The notes under the pieces were generated by a model. The model was not told where the DNA came from, made no database searches, and saw only the letters and a program-made list of their open reading frames with translations. This document shows, in pieces, positions 51,601-63,621 of a DNA stretch of 64,000 nucleotides; position 1 is the first letter of the stretch; each line of letters begins with the position of its first letter. The stretch comes from Lepidodermella squamata (lineage: Eukaryota > Animalia > Gastrotricha), in assembly GCA_047495785.1 (NCBI GenBank), contig JBLDXI010000033.1, forward strand, positions 2,356,001 through 2,420,000, written 5' to 3'. Both the position numbers and the translations under genes were made by a program.

Positions 51601-52822
51601 TTCTGGATAATGCAGCATCCCAATTTACAACAAACGGTAAAATTCAACGTAAAATCCACGTATCACCAATTACACAAGCGAACGAAAATATCTACTCACT
51701 AACGATGCATATTTTTTTCTATTACAAACCTGGCCTGTCTGATCCCGTTGTTCTGGTTTTTATGAATATTTCAAGAAGTTTTTCCCGACTGAGCTCGGCA
51801 ATATTGGCTCGAGAATCTTCTTCTGCTTTCATTATTAGCCGCCTCGCATTTTCGATCACTTCGAAATAAGCGGCGATGAATGACTTCATTTGATCTAGAT
51901 GTGCTTCTTCGATCTCTTGAAGGCGCTGTAAGGAACATGTGAATGAGCATGTCAGCTTGCTTTTGTTACAATATAACTTACAATGCAGGAGTCTTTCATT
52001 TTTCTCTCAAAATCTTCCCGAGTAGAATTGAAGCGCTCTATGATTTGCCGGTAATCTTCGCGAGATTTTCTCACTCTTGCTTCCAGCTGCGCATTAATGA
52101 TAATAACTGTTTACAAATTGACATTATAAAAGAATTACCCTATCCAGCTCCTTTTGTTGTGGTTGCGTTTCAGCGCGCCGAGCTTTTTCAAACTCAATGC
52201 TTCGCCGATGATATTCTTCTTTGCAGCGTTGCAAATTTACGCTCAATTCACGAACAGTTTTCATGAGCTGCTCAGTGGGAGCTTCGGTGTCTCGTACTTG
52301 TTTCTGCCTTTCCTTTTGCTGTTCACCATATTTGTGAACACGGCCCATCAAATCCTGCAACCGCTTAGCGGTTTCGCCGTAGTGATTCGACATGTGCTCC
52401 GCATAGGTTTTCAATAGTAAGGATAAAGGCGTGAAAGAACTGGAAGAAATTCTAAATCGTCAGAAACGCAATGAATATTTCAACAAATAAACTTTACCCG
52501 ACAGAGGGTGCAGTAGCAGCAGACGTTGCCTTGGTCGATATGAGCTTTTTGAAATTATTGCTAGCCAATTCATTTATAGCAAATCTAACAGCATAAATCA
52601 CACAATAATAGCAATACATCACTCTACTCAAAAAACTTACACAGCTTGCACGAAATCACCGAACTCCTTCGACGCCAAAACACCCTCCTTGAAGTTGTGA
52701 TAAATTATCTCAAACCCATTATTTTTGTCGCCCTGAAAGAACGAATGGATGGATACATTTCAAAATTTCGCCGCATGAACATTTCAACATACCCAGAAAC
52801 TTTCCGCAAATGAAAGTGTCAT
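48679..52822 (-). CDS. FCHO: F-BAR domain only protein (muniscin)
   Basis: [27 protein letters not shown] F-BAR start, Pro-rich linker, SRGPSP motif, IPIAVSFSETI mu-homology domain ending RKLFKSGRY. Confidence 0.9.
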
Positions 52823-53118
52823 AACAATTTACGTCAATCCTTCATCGAATGTAATTTAACGCCTAAAATATCGGAGTGTGCTATTTTTGAAGAAACCGAT
52901 AAAGAAAGGGGCAAAATGCAAGATCGCTCCCATCGAAGATTTGACATTCTCTCAATCAAGTAGAGCGCAGTGGTTCGCTGTGAATATCTCGGCCAATCCA
53001 AGAGGTGACGACCATTGCAGCCGAAATTAGTAATCGTTCAAGGCAGATCTGAAACATAAAAAATTGAAAATGATTTGTTGACCTAATGCGTTCGAGAGGA
53101 TATCTCTCTATTTTAAGC

Positions 53119-53185
53119 GATTGCTCAGTATTAGAAAAATTGCATCAATTTGATTCAAATGGATTAACAAAGCATCATGGCATCG
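53119..53185 (-). ncRNA. C/D-box snoRNA, copy 3, in a non-coding intron upstream of FCHO
   Basis: ATGATG(C)-TTTGTTAATCCAT-TTGA..TTGATG..CTGA with a terminal stem. Intron ~53481 (GTAAAT) to 53049 (TTTCAG); box D ~76 nt from the acceptor. Confidence 0.75.
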
Positions 53186-54139
53186 TATTACTTTTGATGT
53201 AAAAAATGTGGCTTACATAGTGGCTTACATATTTCTTGTGATGAAGTCCAGAATCCATAACAGCCAACAGAACAGGGTAACGGCTAACACATAATTTGGC
53301 GCTAATGATATCCAGCCTTGAGCAATACCCAAAGTGGAAGTTTTCCATAAGCCATAAGCCACGTGACAAAAAGCGAATAAACGGCGTATCGTAGATTAAG
53401 ATGAAACTCCAAACCACAAGTATTCGATCGACAGAACATCTTTCACTCGAGTAATCTAATACCTTCGAGAGCCAGATTTACCTGACGCGACTGGTCGAAT
53501 AATTTATGATGAGGTTGATTCTTGCCGGCAAGTGATCAAATCCTCAGTCCCCAGAGATGCATAAACACATCATGGCATCAATAAACAACAATAAGAATTG
53601 TTGTAAGTCTGTAGATGTAATACGTCAACAAGAGAAGCTCGTCGATTTAGCGAGGTTTATTACCCTTGCTGCAGGGTGCAAGATATTGTCCGTTAAATGT
53701 ATATGTAGAAGCCTTGCAGCGGAATAGTAACGTTCAGAGTTAACCTTTGAAATGCTTTGAAAGCATGAAGCATGAGGCATGCGTCGACGGGGTGTAGCGG
53801 AGTCCTGCGAGGCGAGCGGAACCCCGCGCGGCTTCTAATGATATTTAACCTTGCCACATATTAATTTTCCTCATTTTTGTAAATTAAATACTTTGAGCAA
53901 CGAAAAGTCATATTGCATATCGTACAATCGAATGGATGCGTTATTCAAGAGATAAATGAGCAAAAAGAAAAAATACGTGGTTGAAAGTCAAGTCTGTGGT
54001 CAGTCAGTCGGTTTACAGCGGGTCCCATACAGCGGTCAATATGATCGAAACCTAACTGTCAGTTGTCAGTTGACTCTGCTAGTTAATCACCAGTCGAGAA
54101 GACCGGCAGCAGTAGTTATCGGTAGCGAGTAGTTTGAGT

Positions 54140-54159
54140 TTAGGGTTAGGGTTAGGGTT
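54140..54159 (+). repeat. (TTAGGG)3 telomere-like tract
   Basis: TTAGGGTTAGGGTTAGGGTT. Confidence 0.8.
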
Positions 54160-54664
54160 GGAGTAAATGTTAAAACTCGTAGCTCCAAGATTCAGTTTGG
54201 TATGATTGATGGTTATTGATTATTATACCTTGGATTGGCTATTTAGCGGCCTTCCGGCAAACGGGCGCAGATATTCGCACCGAGTTATAGTGGCAAGCTA
54301 GCTCGTCTTGACCACGATGAATTCGCTTTCTTGTTCTGCCTTTAACATAGGTCCTCGGGGATCTTCGTAAGATTCTGTTTGGGATCTGTTTGATGGCAAG
54401 TCGTCCTATTTGGTTGTACGAGGTTTGCAGGCAGCCCTTTTTTGTCCATCAATCTTGCGAAAATAGACTCTATGCTGATCTTTATAATTTTCTATGTTAC
54501 AAAGAACTGTAAGGTGTAAGGAACATGGAATTGCACTCTTAAGTGAACTTGATATTAGCTTATTTTGGAATTCATGTAGCAAATAATTCAATAGCTCTGA
54601 ATATAATGTATAACGTGTATCTCTTACCATTCTTATCAATCTTAGAGGCATTCGGTGAATTTTA

Positions 54665-55417
54665 ATGTATCGTTTGAAAAGTGTTACCAACCTTGTCCAT
54701 TTCGAATGTCTCGAACAATTTTGGTTCCAATCTATTCCGAAGCGCGGTGCTCATTCTGTGATTGATCCATGCATTCTGGTCGATGAAAATGACAAAAATA
54801 TTGGCATTATATCCAAAACTGACTGCCATTTGTTAACTAACATCCACCGGGGAATGCTGCATAGGGCTTTCAGCGTGTTCCTGTTTTCTTCGGATCGAAA
54901 AACCATGCTGCTTCAAAAGCGAGCTGCTTCGAAGGTAACATTCCCTAACATGACTTCGAATACTTGCTGCAGTCATCCTCAAGCTAATTTCGACGGCGAG
55001 GCGGATGAAAACGAAGCTACTGGCGTCAAGAGAGCAGCGTCTCGCAGGCTGTCGTTTGAGCTCGCATTGCCCTCTAATATTGTGAAACCAGATGATATGC
55101 ACTACATAACGCGAATTCATTATTACGTGCGAAACGTTCCAGAAGATGGGAAGTTTGGCGAGCACGAGATAGATTATATATTATTTGCATTTGCGGACTT
55201 GCCAACGAGCTCTCCCAATCCTGATGAAGTTTCCAAGTGCTGGTATGTGAATCGTGAGGAGCTTCAATCTATGCTGAACAAAAGGCCTCAAGATTTTACG
55301 CCGTGGTTTCGACTAATCGCCGATAACTTTCTATTCGATTGGTGGTCTAGTATTCATAAATTACAAAGTATTGTTGATCATAAGAAAATTCACAATTTTT
55401 GTATTTTGAAGTCATAA
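54665..55417 (+). CDS. IDI1: Isopentenyl-diphosphate delta-isomerase (type 1)
   Basis: CILVDENDK, LHRAFSVFLF, TNTCCSHP-like SNTCCSHP, GEHEIDYILF, FTPWF. Start uncertain. Confidence 0.93.
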   Translation: MYRLKSVTNLVHFECLEQFWFQSIPKRGAHSVIDPCILVDENDKNIGIISKTDCHLLTNIHRGMLHRAFSVFLFSSDRKTMLLQKRAASKVTFPNMTSNTCCSHPQANFDGEADENEATGVKRAASRRLSFELALPSNIVKPDDMHYITRIHYYVRNVPEDGKFGEHEIDYILFAFADLPTSSPNPDEVSKCWYVNREELQSMLNKRPQDFTPWFRLIADNFLFDWWSSIHKLQSIVDHKKIHNFCILKS

Positions 55418-55523
55418 TGCAATGTTTATCGAGGTGCTTCCACAGTCATCAGCTTCCTGGTCAAAAATGTTGGTCTCGATCACATTAATTGATGCATCTA
55501 TGTTTTTATTTAGATATTACGTA

Positions 55524-56227
55524 ATGTCTTCCTCGATAATAACACCTAAACATCGTGTGCAGCAATGGATGACGTTTGCACGATCATGGTGGCTTTATGA
55601 TGCGCGTTGGCAATGCGCTATGAAATCAGCGGAGCGTGTAGGAATTTACCTGGAGGGTCGACACAAACCAATTTATTCGCCGTTAAGTGAGTGACATCAT
55701 TTACATGAGAATGTGACTATGAGTAACAGCTTGCTTATGCGATAGCTGACTGCGGTGACTACGTTGTTGTTATGAATGCGCGCCACATTGCTATGGAAGG
55801 CGAGCTATGGAAGCATTGGGCCTATTTCTGGCATACTGGGTACCCTGGGCGGCTGCACAAATGGCGTGCGTGGCAGCTGCACGAAGAAGACCCGACGAGA
55901 ATCATAAAAAAAGAAATCTATCGCCGCTTGCCAAAAAATTGGAGCCGCCAGCGTGCAATGGCTCGGTTGTTTGTCTTTCCAGACGCTGAAATTCCAGAGG
56001 ACGTCATGAAAAACATCAGCGATCAAATTCGTCAGATTCAACCGGTTCCCAAGCGTCTTGACGAATATTCTCAAGAAGAGATCAATTCCTTCCCGCAAAT
56101 CGCTAATGTGTATGTTTCCGTTTTATCTGTCACGAAGTCATCAATTGAGTTTGTATTTTTTAGGCCCGATGATCACACCGAAAAATATATTGTTGTCGAT
56201 GAAAGTGGTGCTACGAAGAAAAAATAG
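55524..56227 (+). CDS. MRPL13: Mitochondrial ribosomal protein uL13m
   Basis: RVQQWMTFARSWWLYDA, GRHKPIY, DCGDYVVVMN, HTGYPG, PVPKRLDEYS; two introns. Confidence 0.93.
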
Positions 56228-56373
56228 TCAAACATTTCGGAAACTTAATTTGTGCTCAAAATAATGTAGTTTTATCGATATAAGTGATGATGATAATAAT
56301 AAAAAATTCTGGATTACGTTATTGTTATCGTTTATTTAAAACAGCAGCTGTCTCAATTGTAACAAAAGATAAA

Positions 56374-59300
56374 TCAAACCCGAGTTTGATGTTCTAATTC
56401 CTGGACAAGTAAAAGCCGGTCGCGCTGACGTTTAACCTCCTCTAACTGACGAACCAAGTCGTAAACGGTTTGTTCGAGCCGAGACTTACCTTCGACAACC
56501 TTGTCCATCTCTTCCTTGTAAACGTGAAGCATGCGAGCTCGCTTGGCCTTAGCCTTTTTAGTGCTCAGTTGGGTCCGTAGCCAGTGCCAACGCATGGCCG
56601 GTTGCATATCGGAAATCGTGTCAAGTTTGGGCGGCTGCGAGGCCCATCTCGTTATAGAAGATGTACCAGAAGTGGATGCTTTGAATTTATCTGTGAGATC
56701 CGATTTCCGCAGCTTTGGAGAGTGCGAATGCTTCGCGGTGTCGAAGCTAACCCGTTTACTGAAGGGTTGCTTTAGTTGAAGCTCATGCTTTAAAGACGAG
56801 AGAGAATGAGACGACGTCGAGGCTAGTTGGTACTGAACGCTTCGAAGGCGGGATCGCGGGTCGGATTGACCACCCTCCATCCTATCGTCATCTTGAACAG
56901 ACGAAGTTTTCGCTTTCCGGTAATGTGGGCCGCTTGAAGAGGTTTCCTCCATGGAATGATGATGAGAAGGGGAATTTTTCAGTGGAGCTTTCCAAGCTTT
57001 CCGAGCTCGATTTATGCTGATGACAATACAATTACGAAAATATTTTATACAAATTGCGATATTGCTAATTACCCTTTTGTTTGAACTACGATGTCCGGAA
57101 GGGTCTTATCCTTCTCGTCTTTGACTTGTTGCACGAATTCAGCAATTGTGATTTTTCGGAAGCGTTTCTGAAAATTGGCTGTTACTACAAAATCCAAGCA
57201 GGTTATTAATTGTACCTTTCTCGCACTTTTCTGAAACATGCGACTGAATTCCAGCCGTTTTACAACTTCAAGCATTTCCTTGAGAATTTGCGTAGGGCGA
57301 AGTAGCTCCTCGCTGTTTAATATGCGGTACAAGCGTTGGCTGAAGTACATCAATTTGAAGCCGCGCCAGAAACTAGTTCGCTTCGTAAGACGCAGTTTAG
57401 GAACAGCCCAGTAATAGACCAAATGTTCACCGATTAGAATGAAGATGCATATCACCACACCAGCGGCCAAAGCCAGGAATAAACCATTGGCATGGCTCAA
57501 TGTCAATTGGGTTTCGGCTGCTTGCTGAAGATCGCCGCCAAGTGGTTCGACTTGATGTCCGCATGTCGTAGAACCACCTTGTAAAGACATTCTCACGAAC
57601 CTGTTTTTACTGACGAGCTGTTCGAATTCACCGGCTGCTTTGTATTCCTTCATTTTACCAGCAACCATCGCCTAAAATCGCAAAATATCACTCGAAGCTA
57701 AATTAACGAATCGATGACCTTACGCGAAATTGCGAGTCAACCAACAAAGCTGGTGCTAGATCACGATCAGCGAAGGTTCTTGATAGAAGCTTCGTAGAGC
57801 AAGTATTTGCATCGTCGATTAATTGCCAATATCGCAGAGTAGCCAGCTCTCCAAGCACAACATCGAACTCATAAGAACGGAGCCGACGAACAGCCTCATC
57901 CAGAGTGTCCACAACGATAATCCTTTTCGCAAAGCTTTCCAAGGCCATTTTCAGCCACGCTAAAATTGGGTCATCACGCACAACCGCCACTTTGACCTTA
58001 TTACCGGATTCCTGTAACGCGCACCAGTTTCGTTAAGCGGATTCAACTTAACAAAAATATATTACCGCTAAATCATAAATGCTGTCGAATTCGAGAGATT
58101 CGTGCTGCTTAGCCAAGAAACTAGCTAGATTACCGGTATAACTAGCAATAACAAATATCGCGAATCCCTGTTTAGATCAGTTTAAAAGTAAACTTTGGTA
58201 GCGTAAGTAGGTGTAAACTTACAGCCCAAAAATTTTGAGTCCATTTCGAAGGCCACGCTTTAGGACACTTGGTTTTCACAGTATGACCGAATAGCAACGC
58301 GTAAACCATGTTCAAAGCTGAACCAAGAGTGTAATTAGTCGAACGTTTTCGTCCCCACGGATTTAGGCCGAAGGGGCTGTGCCATTCGAATTGAGACAAC
58401 GCAATAGCGGTAAAAGGTGACAAGAACACAATTATTCCGATCCAAACGGTAAATGGGAAAGGTGATAGAAAAGCAAAAAGCTCCGGATCTCGCCGGCGGT
58501 TCGCAACCAGCATAGCGTAGCTCGACGTGAAGAATGGATCGGTAACGTAATACCGATTAACCAGTCGGTGACCCACGTAAGGATCGGCCGTGAAAACCAT
58601 ATCCACGACTCTACGATTCAAAAGATCTGCAAACATTTGTAAAAGAGCCTGATATTTTATGCCGTGATTTCCCTACCTAGAGCTATCGTCGTGTTGGCTA
58701 TTGTGTCGCCGCCAGTAGCCGAAACTAAGATCCTGGCGTTAACTTTGAGGTCCTTGGAAATTGTCCTCACTAAATCTGGTACAAGGCCACTACAGCATCT
58801 TCGGTCAGGATAAGAATCCCCAGGTCCATGTTCCGACGACCCAGGCACAATTAGGTCACAAATGACACTAGAAGGGCTAGCTGTAAATGTGTAAAAGAGA
58901 TTTTTAATTCCGAATGAAAATATAAGGTTTAAAGTATGATCACCTGAGCAATCTTGGGTTAGCGGCTTTTCAAACAAAAACGGTGGTCCCAGTGAGATGA
59001 ACGTTTGAAGCAGATGAGGAATTACGTCGTCAGGCGATGGTCCATCAGAAACGACTAGATCCGTCGCATCCGAAGGCGGCCTGGTCACTGTTGCGTTAGT
59101 CGTCGTTCCACTTGTCGACGGCATTGTGCTAGTCTCTGACTGCATTTTCTCAGTTGTAGCAACATTATGACCGCTCCTTAGGCTCAACCTATCAACCCGT
59201 AATAGGCCATTGTGATCGATTGATACACTCACTGGTAACACATAACGGCCATCGTCTGAATAGCGACTTCCTCGGCTGCTCCTGATAATTGAGCCATCGC

Positions 59301-60471
59301 CATGAAACATGTGGGCGAAGGCTAAATCGAACGACTTTGTTATCGACTTGGCAGAGCGCGGGTGCAGTTTTCGCGGCGACATTGTAGCTTTCGATCGAGA
59401 CAAGTTTGACGCAAAAGATTTCGCGAGGCCGTTTAGCAGCCGGGTCATCATGACCTCGAACAACATCCGCCGATCTGTATCCAACGCTATCAAATTCTGC
59501 GGCATTAAATGCGCTCTGACCGGCGATTTGAGGTAATTTTCATCAGTTATTTTTCGATTCGCATCTCGGGTTTTGCCGATGAAGACGCTCCTATCTGTAA
59601 CAATCCATACGAACTTGTGACCGAGAAGGTTCAATCGACTTCCAGCTGCAAAAACCTTGGCTATGCTTCGACTGCTTGCGACATGAATGACAAAAGTTGC
59701 GGCCGGAATGGTTTGGGTCAGCAATACATTGCTCAAAATCGGCGCAATCTCATTTTTCAAATTAGCCGCAATAACATCTTCGTTTTGCTCGTCGCTGACG
59801 AGAACAAGAGTGTTGCAAAGCTCCAAAACGTCGATGTAAAGTTGATCACTAGCTAGCGTAGCATCATGAATTAAAACGACTAAACCACCTTTCGGATTCG
59901 ATTTGTGTAAGATAATCGATGTTAACAACGGTGGAATTAAAGCTCGTCGATCCTGGTTGAGTTGGTATACTGAACCTGTGATGTTAGCGTGATTGAAAAA
60001 ATTCACGTCGTAGGCCAAAATTGTCAAGGGTTGACGATTGTAATCGGAACCTTCAAACGCTGTTCGAACTGCTACAATTGCCTTTTGAATGGCAGCCCCA
60101 TCGCCTACGAGAACTACGAATCGACGGCGTAAAAGCGGACTCTTTTCTGTGAAATTTTCAGATTTCAACGCCGAATACAGGCCGACTATGCCCAGCGGGT
60201 TGGGTTTTGGGTTAACAATAGTATAGGTTACGCGAAATGTTAATGCGCTAGTAGATCGTGTGGCCTGGTCGAAAACTCGTGTCGAAACTTTGCTAAAAGC
60301 CGCCAAATTATCGGCGCCGATATTCGTGTCGTCGTCGGGCGAAGAATAGGCGAACACGACGAAAAAATGAAGAGTTGAAGAATTACTGCTGGTAATCGGT
60401 GACAATGCCTGGTAGGTTTTGTGCGTTGCTGAGAAAACAATAACGATTGCAACAAAGAGCAATGTGCTCAT
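56374..60471 (-). CDS. Divergent NMDA-type ionotropic glutamate receptor subunit, GluN3-like
   Basis: Signal peptide, ATD, RCCSG, PFFTSS, M1, EWHSPFGLNPWGRKR, SALNMVYALLFGHTV..CPKAW, spliced SYTGNLASFL, S2, M4, GEHLVY; multi-exon. Confidence 0.85.
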
Positions 60472-61457
60472 TGACGAGCAAATAAAAAGTGGTCTAGCGG
60501 GGCCTTTTTGCGGGCGGGCTGCTTTTCACGGACGAAAATTTTTTTAGACGGAAACGGGCGGAAGACAGCAGCAGCAGCATCGGTGTCCATCAGCGGTGGC
60601 GAGGCATATTGTTGGCTCACGGCGTTTTTGCCGATGCGCGTTCATGATGAAGACAAGAGCCAACCGACATTGATCACCACACGTATAGAAGTGAATAAGT
60701 ATCTTCGTCCAAGTCTACACGATCGCGAAATTGTGCGTTAAAACAATAGGAGATGCGCCGACGCAAAAAATGACGACGGGCTATTGAAAAGACGCGCGAT
60801 TATGAGAAATCAATACTAAATAGAGCGTTGGGCAGGCCGCGCGACATGATGTTACACGCACCCAAGGGGCGCCGCGCATGTGCCGGCATCGGCGCCATAC
60901 CATTTTATCGCAACAGTTTGTTATCATTTTGGCATCTAAGCGCTATATAATGCACAATGAAATGACAAAGGCTGGTGATAGATGATCGCAGACGACGGGC
61001 CAGCGGAAACGGCTAGTTCTCGAAGAAAATCTAAAACGCCGATTTGAGTCTCGGTCACGGCTAAATTGCATGCTATATTCGTCATTCAGACTGCTGCGAT
61101 AACAACAAATACGCCGTGAATGTGCCCGAAAATTACGTTAAAGATCCACTGCCGACTACAGATAGCCATTTCCGCCCCGCCTCCCGCTGTATCATCACCC
61201 ATTGCGATCGCGCCGGCTTTCTTATCACCGCAGTACAGTGATCAAATCGCTTTTACACGCCACGACTTATCGGATTGAACAAACTATGTACGCCCGTATA
61301 GAAAATTAGAGCAATTTTTTGTAACCGGAGATACTGTTTTTTATTGCTTATAATAAAACTGGCATAGCAATAATCGGTAACGATAATGGCAATAATAATA
61401 ATAAAAAAGGCTGCGTATAAACTGAGCGAACCGAAACAAATTGAAACCGGAATAATT

Positions 61458-63621
61458 TTAGTCAATGAGTCGAATGCCAAGTTCTTTGGCGAGTCGTTTG
61501 TAGTATTTGAGCACTTCCTGATCGGCTGAGATCGAAGATGGCGAGATGTCGAGAACGCGAAGGCCGGCAAGTGATCGAGCACGAGATAGGGCGACGTAGG
61601 CCTGGCCGGCCTCGAAAACACGAGCGAGGCTGATTTCTACGCAATCAAGAGACATTCCTTGCGACCGATGAATTGAGAAAGCCCAGGCTAGTCGCAAGGG
61701 TAGTTGACGGCGCTGGAAGATCTGACCGCCGCAACGCATGATGAATCGCTCCGGCTGCAACGTGATTGTTCGGCCAGTTGTGAGGCGGACAATAGGAGCA
61801 TCTTCGAGGCTTCGTTCGAACCCAATCACAACACCCCGAGCACCATTTACCAGACCTTCCTGCACGTTGAGGTTTTTCGATAGCATCACTTGAGCACCGA
61901 CTTTGAGTCGAAGTGTGCTCGGAACATGGCAGGATTTAGCGAAACGTTGAGATAGGGTCTGGTCGCTGTCAATCGCGCTGAAAATAATTATGTTATTTAT
62001 TGAAAAATATTCGAGATAAGGCTCACTTGAATATTTTCGCATCAGTGGGCAATGAGTCAAGTTGCTTCGAGTTGATGAACTCGGCGTCTGCGTTGTGCGT
62101 ACAAAGTCGGGTGGCTGAAATGCCAGAGTCGGAATTGAGCTGATTCGACTGCGTCTTGCGAAGAGCCTGAATCACAGCCTCGTTACATTTTCCAATGCGG
62201 ATGAGTCGCAGTAATTTCACAAAATCAGCATCGCTTTGTCGATAGACAGTTCTCAGAAACATCACATTTTGCATCGCGTCGCCAAAACAAGCGTCCCAAG
62301 CAGGCGACTGGAAGGCGAATCGCTTAGATAAACCCAGTGTATTGCTACCCTCAGTCGCAGCCGGCTCAGAACCATCATTCACAGGAGGCAATTGCAGGAA
62401 ATCACCACTGCAAATGACCTGCATACCGCCGAACGGTCGGTCAGTCGCACGAATATGCCGGGCGATCTGGTCGAGTTTTGTGAAGAAATTTGCGTCGACC
62501 ATGGAAATTTCGTCAATTATCAAATGTTTACAACGCCGCCATTGACCGGCAACAGCCGGCCGTTGTGCCATTTCCAACTCCCGGGTCAAATCACCTTGGC
62601 CTGAACCGATCCCGGCGAATGAATGCAAAGTTATTCCGCCGATTTGACTAGCCGCGACACCGGTAGAGGCAGTTACGAAAGTATCTTCGGGCGATAGCAT
62701 TCCAATAATCCGCTTCAGAAGAAAACTTTTACCCGTTCCGGCGCAGCCTGTGAGGAAGACGTTAATTCCGGACTTGATCGCTGACAAAACACGTTGCTGC
62801 TCGTCTCCAAGAGTGAATAGCGATATTTTAGTCGAAGGAGGTGCCATTGTGACAGGCCGTCGACCAGCTGGGAGAAGAGACTTGTCACTCGAATGGCGAA
62901 CGAGAGCTTTAGTCGAAGGCGTCGAGAGCGTCGTGAGGGAGCCAGCACTCTCTACCCGGCATAACTTTGCCGCTTTTTGGTTCTCCTTACTTTCCTCCGG
63001 GGTGTAAATTTGTCGCTTTAGAGGCACTTTCGCTTTCTGCTCAGGTGCTCGGGCGCTGGGGGTTTGTAGCGGGAGCTTACTCGGTTGACGCAATACACGC
63101 GAATTCGGTGATATGTACGCTCCAGATTTCATCTCATTCATTTGAAGAGGGCTGATGTCAACAAGAGTTCGAGCTTTCATCGAAAACATCCGCTCACTCT
63201 GAGACGGAACTTTCCCGGCATTTCCTGCAAAATTTGAATGAAATCATAATCTTCAATAAAAGAAATCAAAATAGGACTAACCTTTGATTTTGGACTTGCA
63301 TACCAAAGCTTTCAAAAACGTTTTCAGCTGGTCTGTTGGTGCATTTTTCAACATTATTGTTTGATTGGTAGGACTGAGTTGAATGCTCAGCTTCCCGTCA
63401 GCGATGAATCGCTGGAAAATGCGAATTTGAGTAGGGTCTGTCACTGGAAACGGAGTCGATCTTTCAGTTCTCTCGTCAATGACATTGATGACCATGATGC
63501 CGAATTCGTCGCGGCAAAGGTCAATGCATGCAGTCTTTATTTCTTCCTGACTTATAGGCATGCCTGCAGAATTTGCTCGCTGCAACGTCACCGCACATGA
63601 TACCCTTTGCACAGAAACCAT
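61458..63621 (-). CDS. PIF1: ATP-dependent DNA helicase PIF1
   Basis: PINT-like N-terminus, FLTGCAGTGKSFLL, LIIDEISM, GDFLQLPPV, LKVGAQVML, AWAFSIHRSQG, GQAYVALSRAR. Confidence 0.95.

Noticed and set aside
52960-53030. Scattered resemblance to the U4 snRNA 5' region (GCGCAGTGG..GCCAAT..GAGG..ATTGC)
   Set aside because: Kink-turn stem and spacing are wrong and no Sm site was identified; probably chance.
53208-53362. RNase P/MRP RNA interpretation of the closed-stem element
   Set aside because: The P4 helix cannot be formed properly and the element is too short.
53500-53585. Possible fourth C/D snoRNA (GATGCCATGATG..CTGA)
   Set aside because: Shares the 5' 12-mer with copy 3 but has no terminal box D or recognisable guide, and appears exonic.
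53620-53840. Helentron/DINE-like relic (ACCCTTGC..AGGGT stem, GGGG..CCCC hairpin)
   Set aside because: Only generic motifs in a single copy; needs a repeat-library search.
61458-63621. PIF1 as a Helitron helicase
   Set aside because: Has the cellular PIF1 N-terminal domain, with no Rep domain or Helitron termini.
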